NCBI GenBank assembly: GCA_003599755.1
Contig: QZJO01000011.1
Span: 2,424-66,423, forward strand
DNA from: Candidatus Parcubacteria bacterium
GTDB taxonomy: Bacteria; Patescibacteriota; Minisyncoccia; Sungbacterales; SURF-37
Direction: 5' to 3'
Length of the DNA stretch: 64,000 nucleotides
The notes below the pieces were generated by a model. The model was given only the letters and a program-made list of their open reading frames with translations. It did not search any database and was not told the origin of the DNA. How positions within the stretch are numbered: position 1 is the stretch's first letter; each line of letters begins with the position of its first letter. The position numbers were made by a program, and so were the translations under genes. This document shows, piece after piece, positions 36,207-46,720 of the stretch.

Positions 36207-37184
36207 TTACGGCTGCAGAATATCTTCAGTGCGTCCGTCGATCGATAGCACGACGCTCGATACGGTCGGGAACTGCTTGAGTGTTTCGGTAATCTGTGCG
36301 CGGATCGCCGAGACGCGGCAGGAGCCCCCGACCGCGCGTTCCAATTCATTCGAGAAGTCCACGCGCGCCACGCCGTTGGCGATCGTCAGGGATTGGATCA
36401 TGACGCCCGGATTGATGCTCGTGAAGTAGCCCGCTTGCACCTCGGTGCCGGTCGGACCTCCGAGCAGTTCTTCGAGCGCGGCGCGGGCCACGGCGGTCGT
36501 CCGCTCGATGCGCCGATCCACCGGAAAGACGCGATTGCAGGAGAATTCCGGATCGAGCGCGCTGTTGTTGAAGAACGCCTTGACCGTTATGGGATCGCTG
36601 ATGGCAGCCCGAGGCGCGAAACGCACGGGCACGCGCAATTCATTGGCGTGTTCGGGGAGGCCCGACGGGTTATCCTTTTCGAGCACGAGCGTGCCGGTCT
36701 CGGTTGTCGGCGGATCAAAGTACAGGACCGCGCGGAACGGAACGAAATCGGTCGTCATCCACTCCCCTTGCGCCTGGGCGGGAATCACGCCGAGTTCGCG
36801 GTTGTCGGCATCGAAAATCCTAATCGGAAACGACGCTTCGAAATACCAATTGCCGCGCGCTTCACCCTCCAGCACGAGCGGCGAGGATACGACTTCGTTT
36901 TGGAGCGGCCGGTCGAGCACGATCAGGTCCGGAATTTGAGCTCGCTCATTTTGCGGCGGCGCGACGGATTCGGTGAATGTTTTGTCGCCCGCTCGGCACT
37001 GGCGCGGGTGGGACTCGGTGACCGGGAATCCGCGCGCTACGCAGGTCGCGAAGTCATTGGTCGCCCGGACCTTTTGCCACTCGAACCAGAAACACCAGTC
37101 GTCCTCGCAAGTATAGAGAAGCGCCGTGGCCAGGCCGATGAGTGCTGCGATAATGAGAATCGTGATGACGAGTCCGGTGCGCAT
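36207..37184 (-). CDS. Gmad2 Ig-like plus GerMN domain protein
   Basis: GEARGNWYFEASFP, WMTTDFVPF, DNPSGLPE, GGSCRVSAIRAQITETLKQF. Confidence 0.85.
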   Translation of the reverse strand: MRTGLVITILIIAALIGLATALLYTCEDDWCFWFEWQKVRATNDFATCVARGFPVTESHPRQCRAGDKTFTESVAPPQNERAQIPDLIVLDRPLQNEVVSSPLVLEGEARGNWYFEASFPIRIFDADNRELGVIPAQAQGEWMTTDFVPFRAVLYFDPPTTETGTLVLEKDNPSGLPEHANELRVPVRFAPRAAISDPITVKAFFNNSALDPEFSCNRVFPVDRRIERTTAVARAALEELLGGPTGTEVQAGYFTSINPGVMIQSLTIANGVARVDFSNELERAVGGSCRVSAIRAQITETLKQFPTVSSVVLSIDGRTEDILQP

Positions 37185-37263
37185 AGATGGGATTCGTTAT
37201 GGGATAATCGGCATTTCGGGTGCTGAATGTGACGTTAATACTACCGTTGGACTTTCGGTCCCG

Positions 37264-38514
37264 TTACTCATAGCGTAGGGCCTCGATGGGCGCTTTTTGC
37301 GCGGCCCGGCGCGCCGGATAGAGCCCGAAGATAATGCCGGTGACCGATGCGACGAGTACGGCCGAGAGGATGGCCGATGCCGGCATCGCGAATGCCCAAT
37401 CGAACGTCGAAAATTGCGTTACGGCAACGTATACGCCGGCCGCCAACAGCGCGCCGAGCGCAATGCCCGCGATGCCGCCCACGATCGAAAGCATGATCGC
37501 TTCGACGAGGAACTGCATGAGAATGTCGCGATTCGTGGCGCCCACTGCCTTGCGCAACCCGATCTCGCGCGTTCGTTCCACGACCGAGACAAGCATGATG
37601 TTCATCACGCCGATGCCGCCGACGATGAGCGAGATGGAGGCGATCGCCGTCAGAAAGAGCGTGAGAACGGAGGTAACCGTGCCCAAGAGGTCGAGCGCCT
37701 CGGCTTGCGTGCGAACCGTGAAATCATCTTTGTCGGGATCCGTGATGCGGTGGTTTTGGCGCAGGAGCGATATGATGCGCGACTTCACGAATTCGACGTC
37801 GTAGCCGTCAGCCGCTTTGACCGCGATTTCGTTATAGTAATTGATGCCGAGGAGCTGCTTTTGCGCGACCGACATCGGGATCAATACCATGTCGCTCATG
37901 GCCGAGCCGAGAAGGCCGAGTCCCTCGGCGGATATAACGCCGACGACGCGGAATGTTTTGTCCTTGATGCGGATCGTCTTACCGATGGGATTGCGCTCGC
38001 CGAAGAGTTCGTCGGCCAGCCCCGGCCCAAGGATCGCGACGGGTGCGGCGGAATCATCGTCGAACGGGGTGAAGCGGCCGCCGGATTCGAATTCGAGATT
38101 GATGATGTCGAAGTATTCCCCGGTGACGCCGATATAGGTCGTCGCGAGGTCGTTGTTTTCAAAGATGACGCGCGCGCTGCCGCGGACCTCGGCCGACACG
38201 CCGGCCACGGACGGTTCGCGGCGGATGGTATCCAGATCCCGCTCGTTGAGCGTTTTGATCACGATCCCGAGTACGGCCGGCGGCGGGCTGAAGCGCGAGC
38301 TCGAGCTGCCGCCCGGCTGGATTGAGATGAGGTTCGAGCCAAACCGCTCGACCTGGTCCACGATCAGGCGCTCGGCCGAGGTGCCGATGGACATCAAGAG
38401 CATTACCGACGCGATGCCGATGACAATGCCGAGGATCGTCAGGAGCGATCTGACTTTGGCATGACGGAGGCCCGCGCTTGCGGTTTTGACGGTGTCGACG
38501 AAGCGCATGAGCAA
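37264..38514 (-). CDS. MacB-like ABC permease
   Basis: RSLLTILGIVIG, GGIGVMNIMLVSVVERTREIGLRKAVGA, PIEALRYE. Confidence 0.93.
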   Translation of the reverse strand: MLMRFVDTVKTASAGLRHAKVRSLLTILGIVIGIASVMLLMSIGTSAERLIVDQVERFGSNLISIQPGGSSSSRFSPPPAVLGIVIKTLNERDLDTIRREPSVAGVSAEVRGSARVIFENNDLATTYIGVTGEYFDIINLEFESGGRFTPFDDDSAAPVAILGPGLADELFGERNPIGKTIRIKDKTFRVVGVISAEGLGLLGSAMSDMVLIPMSVAQKQLLGINYYNEIAVKAADGYDVEFVKSRIISLLRQNHRITDPDKDDFTVRTQAEALDLLGTVTSVLTLFLTAIASISLIVGGIGVMNIMLVSVVERTREIGLRKAVGATNRDILMQFLVEAIMLSIVGGIAGIALGALLAAGVYVAVTQFSTFDWAFAMPASAILSAVLVASVTGIIFGLYPARRAAQKAPIEALRYE

Positions 38515-39225
38515 TTATTTGAAGAATCCGTCTATGCCCGTGCGCCGTTTGCCGGGCTTCGAGTCTGATTCGATTTTCCCGTCGCGGAGACGAATATGCC
38601 GATCGGCGTATTCGGCCGTATACGTCTCGTGCGTGACAAGAATGATCGTGCGGCCTTCGTTGTTGAGCCGTTCCAGAATTTCCATGACCTGCGCGCCGGA
38701 CGCCGAATCTAAGTTGCCGGTCGGTTCGTCGGCGAAGATAACTTGGGGGTCGTTGACGAGTGCCCGCGCGATCGCAACGCGCTGTTTTTGGCCGCCCGAG
38801 AGGCGGCTCGCTTCCACCAATAGCTTATCGGTCAGTCCTACCGCGCCGACGGCCCGTTCGACTTTCGCTTTGCGCTCGCGGGGTGGGACTGCGGAATATA
38901 ACAGCGGCAGCTCGACGTTTTCATAGACCGACGAGCGGCCGAGTAGATTAAATGATTGGAATACGAAACCAAGTTCCCGGTTGCGGATGCCGGCAAGGTC
39001 GGCGTCCGCGAGCGATGTCATATCCCGGCCGCCGAACTGATACGCGCCTTCGGTCGGTCGCTCGAGAAATGAGAGGATATGCAGGAGTGTGGATTTACCC
39101 GAGCCCGACGGCCCCATAATGGCCACGAATTCGCCGGGATCGATCGTGATGTTTACGTGATCCAACGCTCGGGTGCGTGCGCCGCCGGTGGCGTAGTCCT
39201 TTACGAGGCGTTCGGCATGGATCAT
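38515..39225 (-). CDS. MacB/LolD-like ABC ATP-binding protein
   Basis: GPSGSGKS, LSGGQKQR, ADEPTGNLD. Confidence 0.94.
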   Translation of the reverse strand: MIHAERLVKDYATGGARTRALDHVNITIDPGEFVAIMGPSGSGKSTLLHILSFLERPTEGAYQFGGRDMTSLADADLAGIRNRELGFVFQSFNLLGRSSVYENVELPLLYSAVPPRERKAKVERAVGAVGLTDKLLVEASRLSGGQKQRVAIARALVNDPQVIFADEPTGNLDSASGAQVMEILERLNNEGRTIILVTHETYTAEYADRHIRLRDGKIESDSKPGKRRTGIDGFFK

Positions 39226-39244
39226 TTGTTTGTTTTCAGGAAAT

Positions 39245-39270
39245 CCCGCCTGCCGGCAGGCAGGCCGCGG
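39245..39270. repeat. Palindromic micro-element CCCGCCTGCCGGCAGGCAGG
   Basis: Near-perfect 20-bp palindrome; relatives at 57637, 59788, 59888. Confidence 0.7.
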
Positions 39271-39294
39271 CCGGGAGGCCGCGGAGCTCCTCGT

Positions 39295-40845
39295 TCATTG
39301 GGACGGTCGGCGCCCTACGTCGACGACGCGGTCGCCCTCGGTAACGCCTTCCAAGATTTCCACGTTACCGTCCGTACCGCGCAGACCGAGCGTGACGGCA
39401 ACGTCAGCCGCGTCGGGCGTGCCCCACGGGCGCACGAACGTGCCGTCGTCGGTTTCAATAATGGCGTAGGCGGGGAGAATTAATACGCCCTCTTTCTTTT
39501 GCGCTTCGATATCGAGATTCGCGGTCAGGCCGCTTTTTAGCCGATCATCGGGTGTCTCAAACAGGATGCGGACCTTGTAATTGACTACGCCGTCGATGAT
39601 GGTCTCGCCCGGTTCAATCGACACGACGCTGCCGCGAAACGCTTCTCCCGGGAATGCGTCGAGCGTAATGCGCACGGGATTGCCGCGGTTTACTTTGCCG
39701 ATATCCACTTCGGGAACGTTGGCCTCGATCTCCATGCGGTCCTGCGAAATAAGCGAAACGAGCGCGGTATTGGCTTGCACGATTTCCCCCACCTTGGCGT
39801 CTTGTTTGGTGACGAGGCCGGCGAAGGGCGCGCTCATGACGGTCTCGGCCAGCTGGGCGCGGAGCACGTCGCGGCGCGCTTCGGCTTGGCGCAGCTTTGC
39901 TTCGGCCGAGGCGATGGCCTCGAGCGTGGCGCCGGCTTCCTTCAGGGCAAGTTCGTTTTCGGCAACGGCGAGGTTGGATTCGGCGGTGCGCAACTTTTCC
40001 TCGGCGGAAACGAGGTTCGCCAGCGCGGTATTCACGTTCGTGCGGCCGGTGGATACGTCGGATTTCCAGCCGTCGATGGTTGTCTGGGAAAGTCCGGTCG
40101 TGGAAATCGCCCCGTTCAGCACCATGGCGACGCGGTCCAAAAACGTGCGGATGGCCAGAAGCGTCGCGCGCGCTTCGGCCACGCCATTCTCGGGCCGCGC
40201 GGCAGGATCATCGATCGTTGCGCGCCATGTCACGAGGCGCTGTTCGATCGCTCCGCGTTCGGATTCCACGGTGATTTCCAGCGTAGGATCGGCAACGACG
40301 AATGCGAGCTGGGGGTTGGTCCGCGGATTCGAGAAAAATTGGTCGGCCTTGACCCGGACCGCGTCGTCGGATTTGGTGTAGGCGTCCGAAAGCCGATCGG
40401 CAAGATTTGCCATAGCATCGGCAAGCGCCGTGCGGGCGTTTTCCACTTTTACTTCTTGAATGCGAAGTTCTTCCGGCCGCGTGCCGCGCCGGACTTCCGC
40501 AAGGTTGGCTTGAGCTTCGCCGACGCTCGCCTCGGCTTCGCGGAGCGATGCGGCTAATTCGCCCTGATCGAGCGTTGCCAGGGCCTGGCCGGCGCGTACT
40601 TCGGTTCCCGCTTCGGCAAGGACGCTTGCGACGCGGCCGGTGCGGACGAACGCGAGATTGACGCTTTTGGCCGCCTTCGTGCTGCCGGTCACGCGGACTT
40701 CGGCAACGACCGTCCCCCGCTGCACCTCGATCGCCTCCACCGTATCCGGCTGCTGGGCGTACCAATACCAACCGCCGCCCGCGACGGCGATCGCGAGCGG
40801 GATATAGATAAGCGGCTTTCGAATCAACGCAAAAAGGCGAAGCAT
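39295..40845 (-). CDS. MacA/HlyD-type periplasmic adaptor
   Basis: TM, GTEVRAGQALATLD, long coiled coil, SAPFAGLV, GLTANLDI. Confidence 0.9.
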   Translation of the reverse strand: MLRLFALIRKPLIYIPLAIAVAGGGWYWYAQQPDTVEAIEVQRGTVVAEVRVTGSTKAAKSVNLAFVRTGRVASVLAEAGTEVRAGQALATLDQGELAASLREAEASVGEAQANLAEVRRGTRPEELRIQEVKVENARTALADAMANLADRLSDAYTKSDDAVRVKADQFFSNPRTNPQLAFVVADPTLEITVESERGAIEQRLVTWRATIDDPAARPENGVAEARATLLAIRTFLDRVAMVLNGAISTTGLSQTTIDGWKSDVSTGRTNVNTALANLVSAEEKLRTAESNLAVAENELALKEAGATLEAIASAEAKLRQAEARRDVLRAQLAETVMSAPFAGLVTKQDAKVGEIVQANTALVSLISQDRMEIEANVPEVDIGKVNRGNPVRITLDAFPGEAFRGSVVSIEPGETIIDGVVNYKVRILFETPDDRLKSGLTANLDIEAQKKEGVLILPAYAIIETDDGTFVRPWGTPDAADVAVTLGLRGTDGNVEILEGVTEGDRVVDVGRRPSQ

Positions 40846-40901
40846 GTCCGTCCCAGTGTATCAAGTTTGACTCGAGAGGCAAGCGGTGGCCGGCCGCGCT
40901 A

Positions 40902-41201
40902 TCACTGCTTTCGTTCTTCGGTGTGGTCCGCCTGCTCTTGGCGCTTGAGAAAGCGCGTGAGATAGACGCTCGCGATCACGACGAGCAGCGTGATGACGAT
41001 GGCATAGATGAATTTCGCGATGACGGTATTTTTCTCGACGTTGATGAAATATCCGATCAATTCGGAGACGGCTTCGTTCCAGGCAAGGCCGGCCACGAGG
41101 CCGAACGCGGTCAAGATGTAACCAAGCGTGCGCTCGCGCACTTCGCGGCGGATTTCTTTCCCCTCTGCGCCTATCTTTTTGAATTCAGAAGTGAATGGCA
41201 T
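40902..41201 (-). CDS. DUF5654-like small membrane protein
   Basis: AFGLVAGLAWNEAV, FIYAIVIT. Confidence 0.8.
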   Translation of the reverse strand: MPFTSEFKKIGAEGKEIRREVRERTLGYILTAFGLVAGLAWNEAVSELIGYFINVEKNTVIAKFIYAIVITLLVVIASVYLTRFLKRQEQADHTEERKQ

Positions 41202-41210
41202 ACCGGGCTC

Positions 41211-41426
41211 TTAGCGCCGCACGAGGGCATAGGCGCCGTTTTGATAGATCAGCGTGTACTGGCGGTCTTCGTCATCTTCGAATTGCGCCGACCCTTTGGT
41301 GCGGGCTTGGTCGAAAAATACCCGCGCCTCGTCGCTGGAAAGATCGTCGCGCAGATGCCGGATTCCTTCTTCGGCATTATCTTCGTACGAGACCGTCATG
41401 CCGTGGACTGTGGTTTTTTCTGCCAT
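41211..41426 (-). CDS. Small acidic hypothetical protein
   Basis: 71 aa ORF in operon context. Confidence 0.7.
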   Translation of the reverse strand: MAEKTTVHGMTVSYEDNAEEGIRHLRDDLSSDEARVFFDQARTKGSAQFEDDEDRQYTLIYQNGAYALVRR

Positions 41427-41434
41427 AATTTTGG

Positions 41435-41974
41435 TTACAATCCCTGTCCCCGTTTACTCACGCGCGCGACCAGCTCATCACGCAAGCGCTCGGCTTCTTC
41501 GCGATCCAATCCCGGCAGGCGGCCTTCGCTTAGCGCGCCCGTGCGGTTGTATGAAGCGCTGATGCCTGCGGTTTGGATATGGAGATCCGAAAGGCCGAGC
41601 AGGCGCGCAAGGATGCCGCGGTAGATATCCACATTTTGGATGCGATCGTAGGGAATGGTTACGGACTGCTTCCAGATAACGCCGGATTCTTTGCGGAAGC
41701 CCAGATCGCTCAATTCATAGCGATAGTAATAGTACGAGAGACGCGCCCAGACATACGCAAGCGCGAGCACGAGGATGAAGATCGAAATCGTAATTACGCC
41801 CGCCGTGCTGATGGCACCGAGAGCCACATCGAATGACATGTCGCCGTCCTGCGGCGCGCGAGAATTGACAGCGGCGAAGAACGAAATAAAGCTCGCCACC
41901 GCTGCCGCGACAATTGCGGCGCCGGCAAACTGGAAGAAAAATAGCCATACGGCGCGCGGATGGAGTTGCTTCAT
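41435..41974 (-). CDS. Bacterial PH (bPH_2, YdbS-like) membrane protein
   Basis: 2 TM, IPYDRIQNVDI.RG.LARLLGL..L.IQTAG. Confidence 0.85.
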   Translation of the reverse strand: MKQLHPRAVWLFFFQFAGAAIVAAAVASFISFFAAVNSRAPQDGDMSFDVALGAISTAGVITISIFILVLALAYVWARLSYYYYRYELSDLGFRKESGVIWKQSVTIPYDRIQNVDIYRGILARLLGLSDLHIQTAGISASYNRTGALSEGRLPGLDREEAERLRDELVARVSKRGQGL

Positions 41975-42008
41975 ATATTCCTATGGTAGCGCCGCGGAGA
42001 ATCCGGCG

Positions 42009-42335
42009 CTAGCGGATCGATGCACCGGGCGGCACCTCGCGGTCCGGCACGAGGAGGGCCGGTCCATCCCCGGAATCCGCCGCTAACAGCATGCCCTGGC
42101 TCTCTAAGCCCATGAGGGCGCGGGGCTCAAGATTCGCAACAATGATGATCTGGCGGCCGATCAGCGTATCGGGTTCGTAGCGCTTGCCGATGCCGGCCAG
42201 GATCTGGCGCTCCCCGATCTCGGCGCCGAGATCCACGCGGAGCTTCAGGAGTTTTTCCGATCCCTCTACGCGTTCGGCTTCGCGAATGGTTCCGGCGCGG
42301 AGATCGATTTTTTTGAAATCGTCGAATGGGATCAT
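42009..42335 (-). CDS. tRNA-binding OB-fold protein (MetRS C-terminal/Trbp111/CsaA-like)
   Basis: DFKKIDLRAG, RQILAGI, VANLEPR..MGLESQGMLLAA. Confidence 0.92.
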   Translation of the reverse strand: MIPFDDFKKIDLRAGTIREAERVEGSEKLLKLRVDLGAEIGERQILAGIGKRYEPDTLIGRQIIIVANLEPRALMGLESQGMLLAADSGDGPALLVPDREVPPGASIR

Positions 42336-42338
42336 GTT

Positions 42339-42782
42339 TCAGAATTCGTGGAGCCCTTCGAAATTCGCAAAAAATTTTCTGATCGCAATCTGACTGCTCT
42401 CAGCAGCACGCAGATGATTGACCGTCATCGAGGCCTTTTGAAGTTCGTTGGCAAAAAATTCCTGCTCTTTCTCGGACGTATCGAATTTCGGGCTGCCGTA
42501 TGCCCCGCAATCGGCATGGACCATAAGGCCGATGGCTCTGGGCTTGTGGAGCTTGATGGATTTGGCGATCTGATCGAGTAGATATACGCGATCGGTCTCG
42601 CCCGGCTGGCCGGCAAGGCCCTTGGCGCCGCCGGCGACTTTGATGAGGTCCACGTGCTGCCAGCCCTGCCTTGCGACCAGTTCCCCGAGGAGCGGCGAGA
42701 ATCGATCATCGAAGCACCAGATGATGCAAATGTCGGCTTCGTAATGATGGGCATCGGACGGATGCGGGAGAATGGTTTGCAT
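42339..42782 (-). CDS. Beta-carbonic-anhydrase-like protein
   Basis: CFDDRF, AGGAK, HADCGAY zinc ligands. Confidence 0.75.
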   Translation of the reverse strand: MQTILPHPSDAHHYEADICIIWCFDDRFSPLLGELVARQGWQHVDLIKVAGGAKGLAGQPGETDRVYLLDQIAKSIKLHKPRAIGLMVHADCGAYGSPKFDTSEKEQEFFANELQKASMTVNHLRAAESSQIAIRKFFANFEGLHEF

Positions 42783-42817
42783 GGATTTTTTCTACACCAA
42801 AACGCCATTAAAGGGAA

Positions 42818-42847
42818 TCCGCGGACGGCGACTGTGCCGTCCGCGGA
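42818..42847 (-). terminator. Hairpin terminator
   Basis: TCCGCGGACGGC/GCCGTCCGCGGA 12-bp stem. Confidence 0.65.
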
Positions 42848-42855
42848 GTTCGAGA

Positions 42856-43584
42856 TCACTGCTCGCCCTGTTCGTAGGGCAATGCCGATAGGAGTTGCAT
42901 CCGTTCGCCGGATGCGAGCCAGGCCTCCCAGCGCTGGGGATCGACGAAGTACGATCGCTTCGTACCGTGGCGCCAGATGGAGCAGTTGATGCGGAGCCAG
43001 AGCATGATCCGGCCGAGTATCGAGCGATACGCGTACCCCGCTTCCTGATAGCGGAACCTCCGGAAGTGCTGTACGCCCCACGAAATCTGGATGCAGGGAG
43101 CGATGGCGAACCGCTTGCCGGCATCCTCGCCGAGCTCTTCTTCGGCGGCGGCCCGGATGCGGCGCTTGGCGGCGACGATGCCGCCGATCACCTGCTCGGG
43201 ATCCATCTTATGCGCGTGCGCCGCGCCGCAGGGCGCATGGCCGAGCGCGATGACCACGTCGATGTTCTTGAGCTTGAGGCCCTTGATGATGTGACGCACG
43301 AGGACTGCGCCGTCGGGCAGGCCGACGCTGAGCGGCGAATCCTCGGGCGCGAGGAGCGGACCGCCGTTGAGTGCAACCAGGTGCACGCGCGGACCGTTGC
43401 CGTGGCGCCGGCAGATGCCGGACAGGAAATCGAACACGTCTTCACTTTGGTCTCCGTCGCCGCAGATTGCGGCGACCACGCCCTGCTGCGGTTGGAGCCG
43501 GTGGCCGTCGACGTCCTTCAAGACGCCGAAGCGCCGCATCGCGCGATACTCCATTGCGTGGCGAAGGGTGAGCGCGAGGCCCAA
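42856..43584 (-). CDS. Divergent beta-carbonic-anhydrase-like protein
   Basis: CGDGDQ, NGG, HAPCGAA; TTG start with SD GGGAGG; promoter TTGACA-17-GAAGAT (43646-43674). Confidence 0.6.
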   Translation of the reverse strand: MGLALTLRHAMEYRAMRRFGVLKDVDGHRLQPQQGVVAAICGDGDQSEDVFDFLSGICRRHGNGPRVHLVALNGGPLLAPEDSPLSVGLPDGAVLVRHIIKGLKLKNIDVVIALGHAPCGAAHAHKMDPEQVIGGIVAAKRRIRAAAEEELGEDAGKRFAIAPCIQISWGVQHFRRFRYQEAGYAYRSILGRIMLWLRINCSIWRHGTKRSYFVDPQRWEAWLASGERMQLLSALPYEQGEQ

Positions 43585-43723
43585 GCGGTATCCTCCCTTG
43601 GAAAGGGTTGGTAGCGTGCTCGTGAGCGGATTTGCTCACCGCCGCATCTTCCTTCTGGAATTCGAATATGTCAAGGGCGCCGCTACGCGAAATAGCCGCA
43701 TTTATGTGCGTTTTTTGCCTTAA

Positions 43724-43963
43724 CTAATCGAGGAGTACCTTTACGTGGTTCTCGGCGTCCATTTCCAAAAATCCCCCGCTTGTCGCAAGTTCTTTTTTTG
43801 AGCCGTCGGGCGCGGTGATGACCGCCTCGCCCGGCGCAAGCACGGTGATGAGCGGCCGATGGTGATCCAAAATCGTGATCTCGCCGCTTTGGGTTTTGAC
43901 GGTGAAGGCAGAGGCCTCGCCGTCGAAATCCACGCCGCGTAATGATGCAATGGTGAGCTTCAT
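43724..43963 (-). CDS. atpC: ATP synthase epsilon (N-terminal domain only)
   Basis: GEITILDHHRPLIT.L..G, SGGFLE. Confidence 0.9.
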   Translation of the reverse strand: MKLTIASLRGVDFDGEASAFTVKTQSGEITILDHHRPLITVLAPGEAVITAPDGSKKELATSGGFLEMDAENHVKVLLD

Positions 43964-43971
43964 ACTTGTGC

Positions 43972-44268
43972 CTATGTGGCGTCTTCAAAATCTATGCCGA
44001 TGGAACCCGCATCCATCGCGCCGATTTTTTCGGCCGCAGATCTGTGCAGCGGATGGTTTCGATATGCGTCCAGTGCATCTCGATCGCGTACCATTACAAC
44101 GAATGCGTGCGTATATCCTTCATTCCATTTCGAGAAGTTTTTGCCGCACCGAATATCGATGATGCCATCGATCTGTCCTTTGAGCGTCCGAATGTCTTTC
44201 ATGATAGAGATAGTTTCCTCTTCTGTCGTGCCAGGTTTCCAACGGAATATCGCGATATGCGTGATCAT
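43972..44268 (-). CDS. Dabb (stress-responsive A/B barrel) protein
   Basis: MITHIAIFRWK, GYTHAF, YRNHPLH, IDFE. Confidence 0.88.
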   Translation of the reverse strand: MITHIAIFRWKPGTTEEETISIMKDIRTLKGQIDGIIDIRCGKNFSKWNEGYTHAFVVMVRDRDALDAYRNHPLHRSAAEKIGAMDAGSIGIDFEDAT

Positions 44269-44276
44269 GAGTGTTT

Positions 44277-44304
44277 ATTCTAATGTTCTTAAGAACATTA
44301 GAAT
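44277..44304. repeat. Perfect 28-bp AT-rich palindrome
   Basis: ATTCTAATGTTCTT|AAGAACATTAGAAT; relative at 57123-57154. Confidence 0.8.
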
Positions 44305-44351
44305 GTACTTTGCGGATGCTGGCCGATAACTTAATGACCAGTGACCAATGA

Positions 44352-45776
<1,425 letters not shown>

Positions 45777-46718
45777 CTATGCCAGTGCGCTTTGCGTTGA
45801 GGTAATTTCGATCAGTTCCTTGGTAATGGCTGCTTGGCGCGCCTTGTTGAACTCGATCAAAAGCTTCCCGGAAATGTCATCGGCGTTATCCGATGCATTT
45901 TTCATCGCCACGCGGCGCGCGGAATGTTCCGAGGCGTTGGCCTCGAGCACAAGGTCGTAGATTTGCATGCGAATCAAGTGCGGCACAAGCGCGGCCAGCG
46001 CTTCGGCCGGGGACGGTTCGAAAATAAATTCGATCGGCTCGGCGTTGCGCCCGCCCGCTTCCGGGCTTTTGCCGAGCTCGGCGAAGCGGCCATGTTCGGG
46101 CACGATCTCATCCACGGTTTCGCGGATTTTTGCCATATCGGTCGGCAGGATTTGGCGGGCAAGCGGATCTTGGCGCAGCGTCGTGCGAAAATGCGTGGAA
46201 ATTGTCATGACGCGGTCCCAGGAGCCATCGACAAATCCTTGGACCAAAAGATCGGCAAGCGGCGTGATCTCTTCGGTATCGGCATAATCGCCAAAGCCCT
46301 CGAAGCGGGCGACAATATTCCAATTTCGTTTCTCGGCATAGCGGATCGCCTTGCGGCCCACCGCAATGACCACGAAACGATGGTCGGCGTCGGTACGGTA
46401 TTCGTCGGTCGCGAGCAATTCCTCCATTTTGCGGAATACTTGCGTGTTGAACGAGCCGGCGAGCCCTCGATCCGAGGCGACAAGCAGCAAAGCGGTTGCG
46501 GCGATCGGTCGCGCGGCCATGAGCGGCGAGAGAATCGGAGCGTTCGCCGATACGCGGCCGAGAATTTCAAGCGCCAAAAAAGCGTACGCGCGCGAGGCGA
46601 GCGCGAGTTCTTGGGCGCGGCGCATCTTCGTGGCCGAGACCACTTCCATGGCACGCGTAATCTGGCCGATGTTTTGGACCGCGCGGCGGCGGGATTTGAT
46701 TGTCTGGAGAGATTCCAT
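45777..46718 (-). CDS. atpG: ATP synthase gamma
   Basis: QITRAMEVVS, DRGLAGSFN, ASEHSARRVAMKNA, RQAAITKEL. Confidence 0.97.
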   Translation of the reverse strand: MESLQTIKSRRRAVQNIGQITRAMEVVSATKMRRAQELALASRAYAFLALEILGRVSANAPILSPLMAARPIAATALLLVASDRGLAGSFNTQVFRKMEELLATDEYRTDADHRFVVIAVGRKAIRYAEKRNWNIVARFEGFGDYADTEEITPLADLLVQGFVDGSWDRVMTISTHFRTTLRQDPLARQILPTDMAKIRETVDEIVPEHGRFAELGKSPEAGGRNAEPIEFIFEPSPAEALAALVPHLIRMQIYDLVLEANASEHSARRVAMKNASDNADDISGKLLIEFNKARQAAITKELIEITSTQSALA

Positions 46719-46720
46719 GG

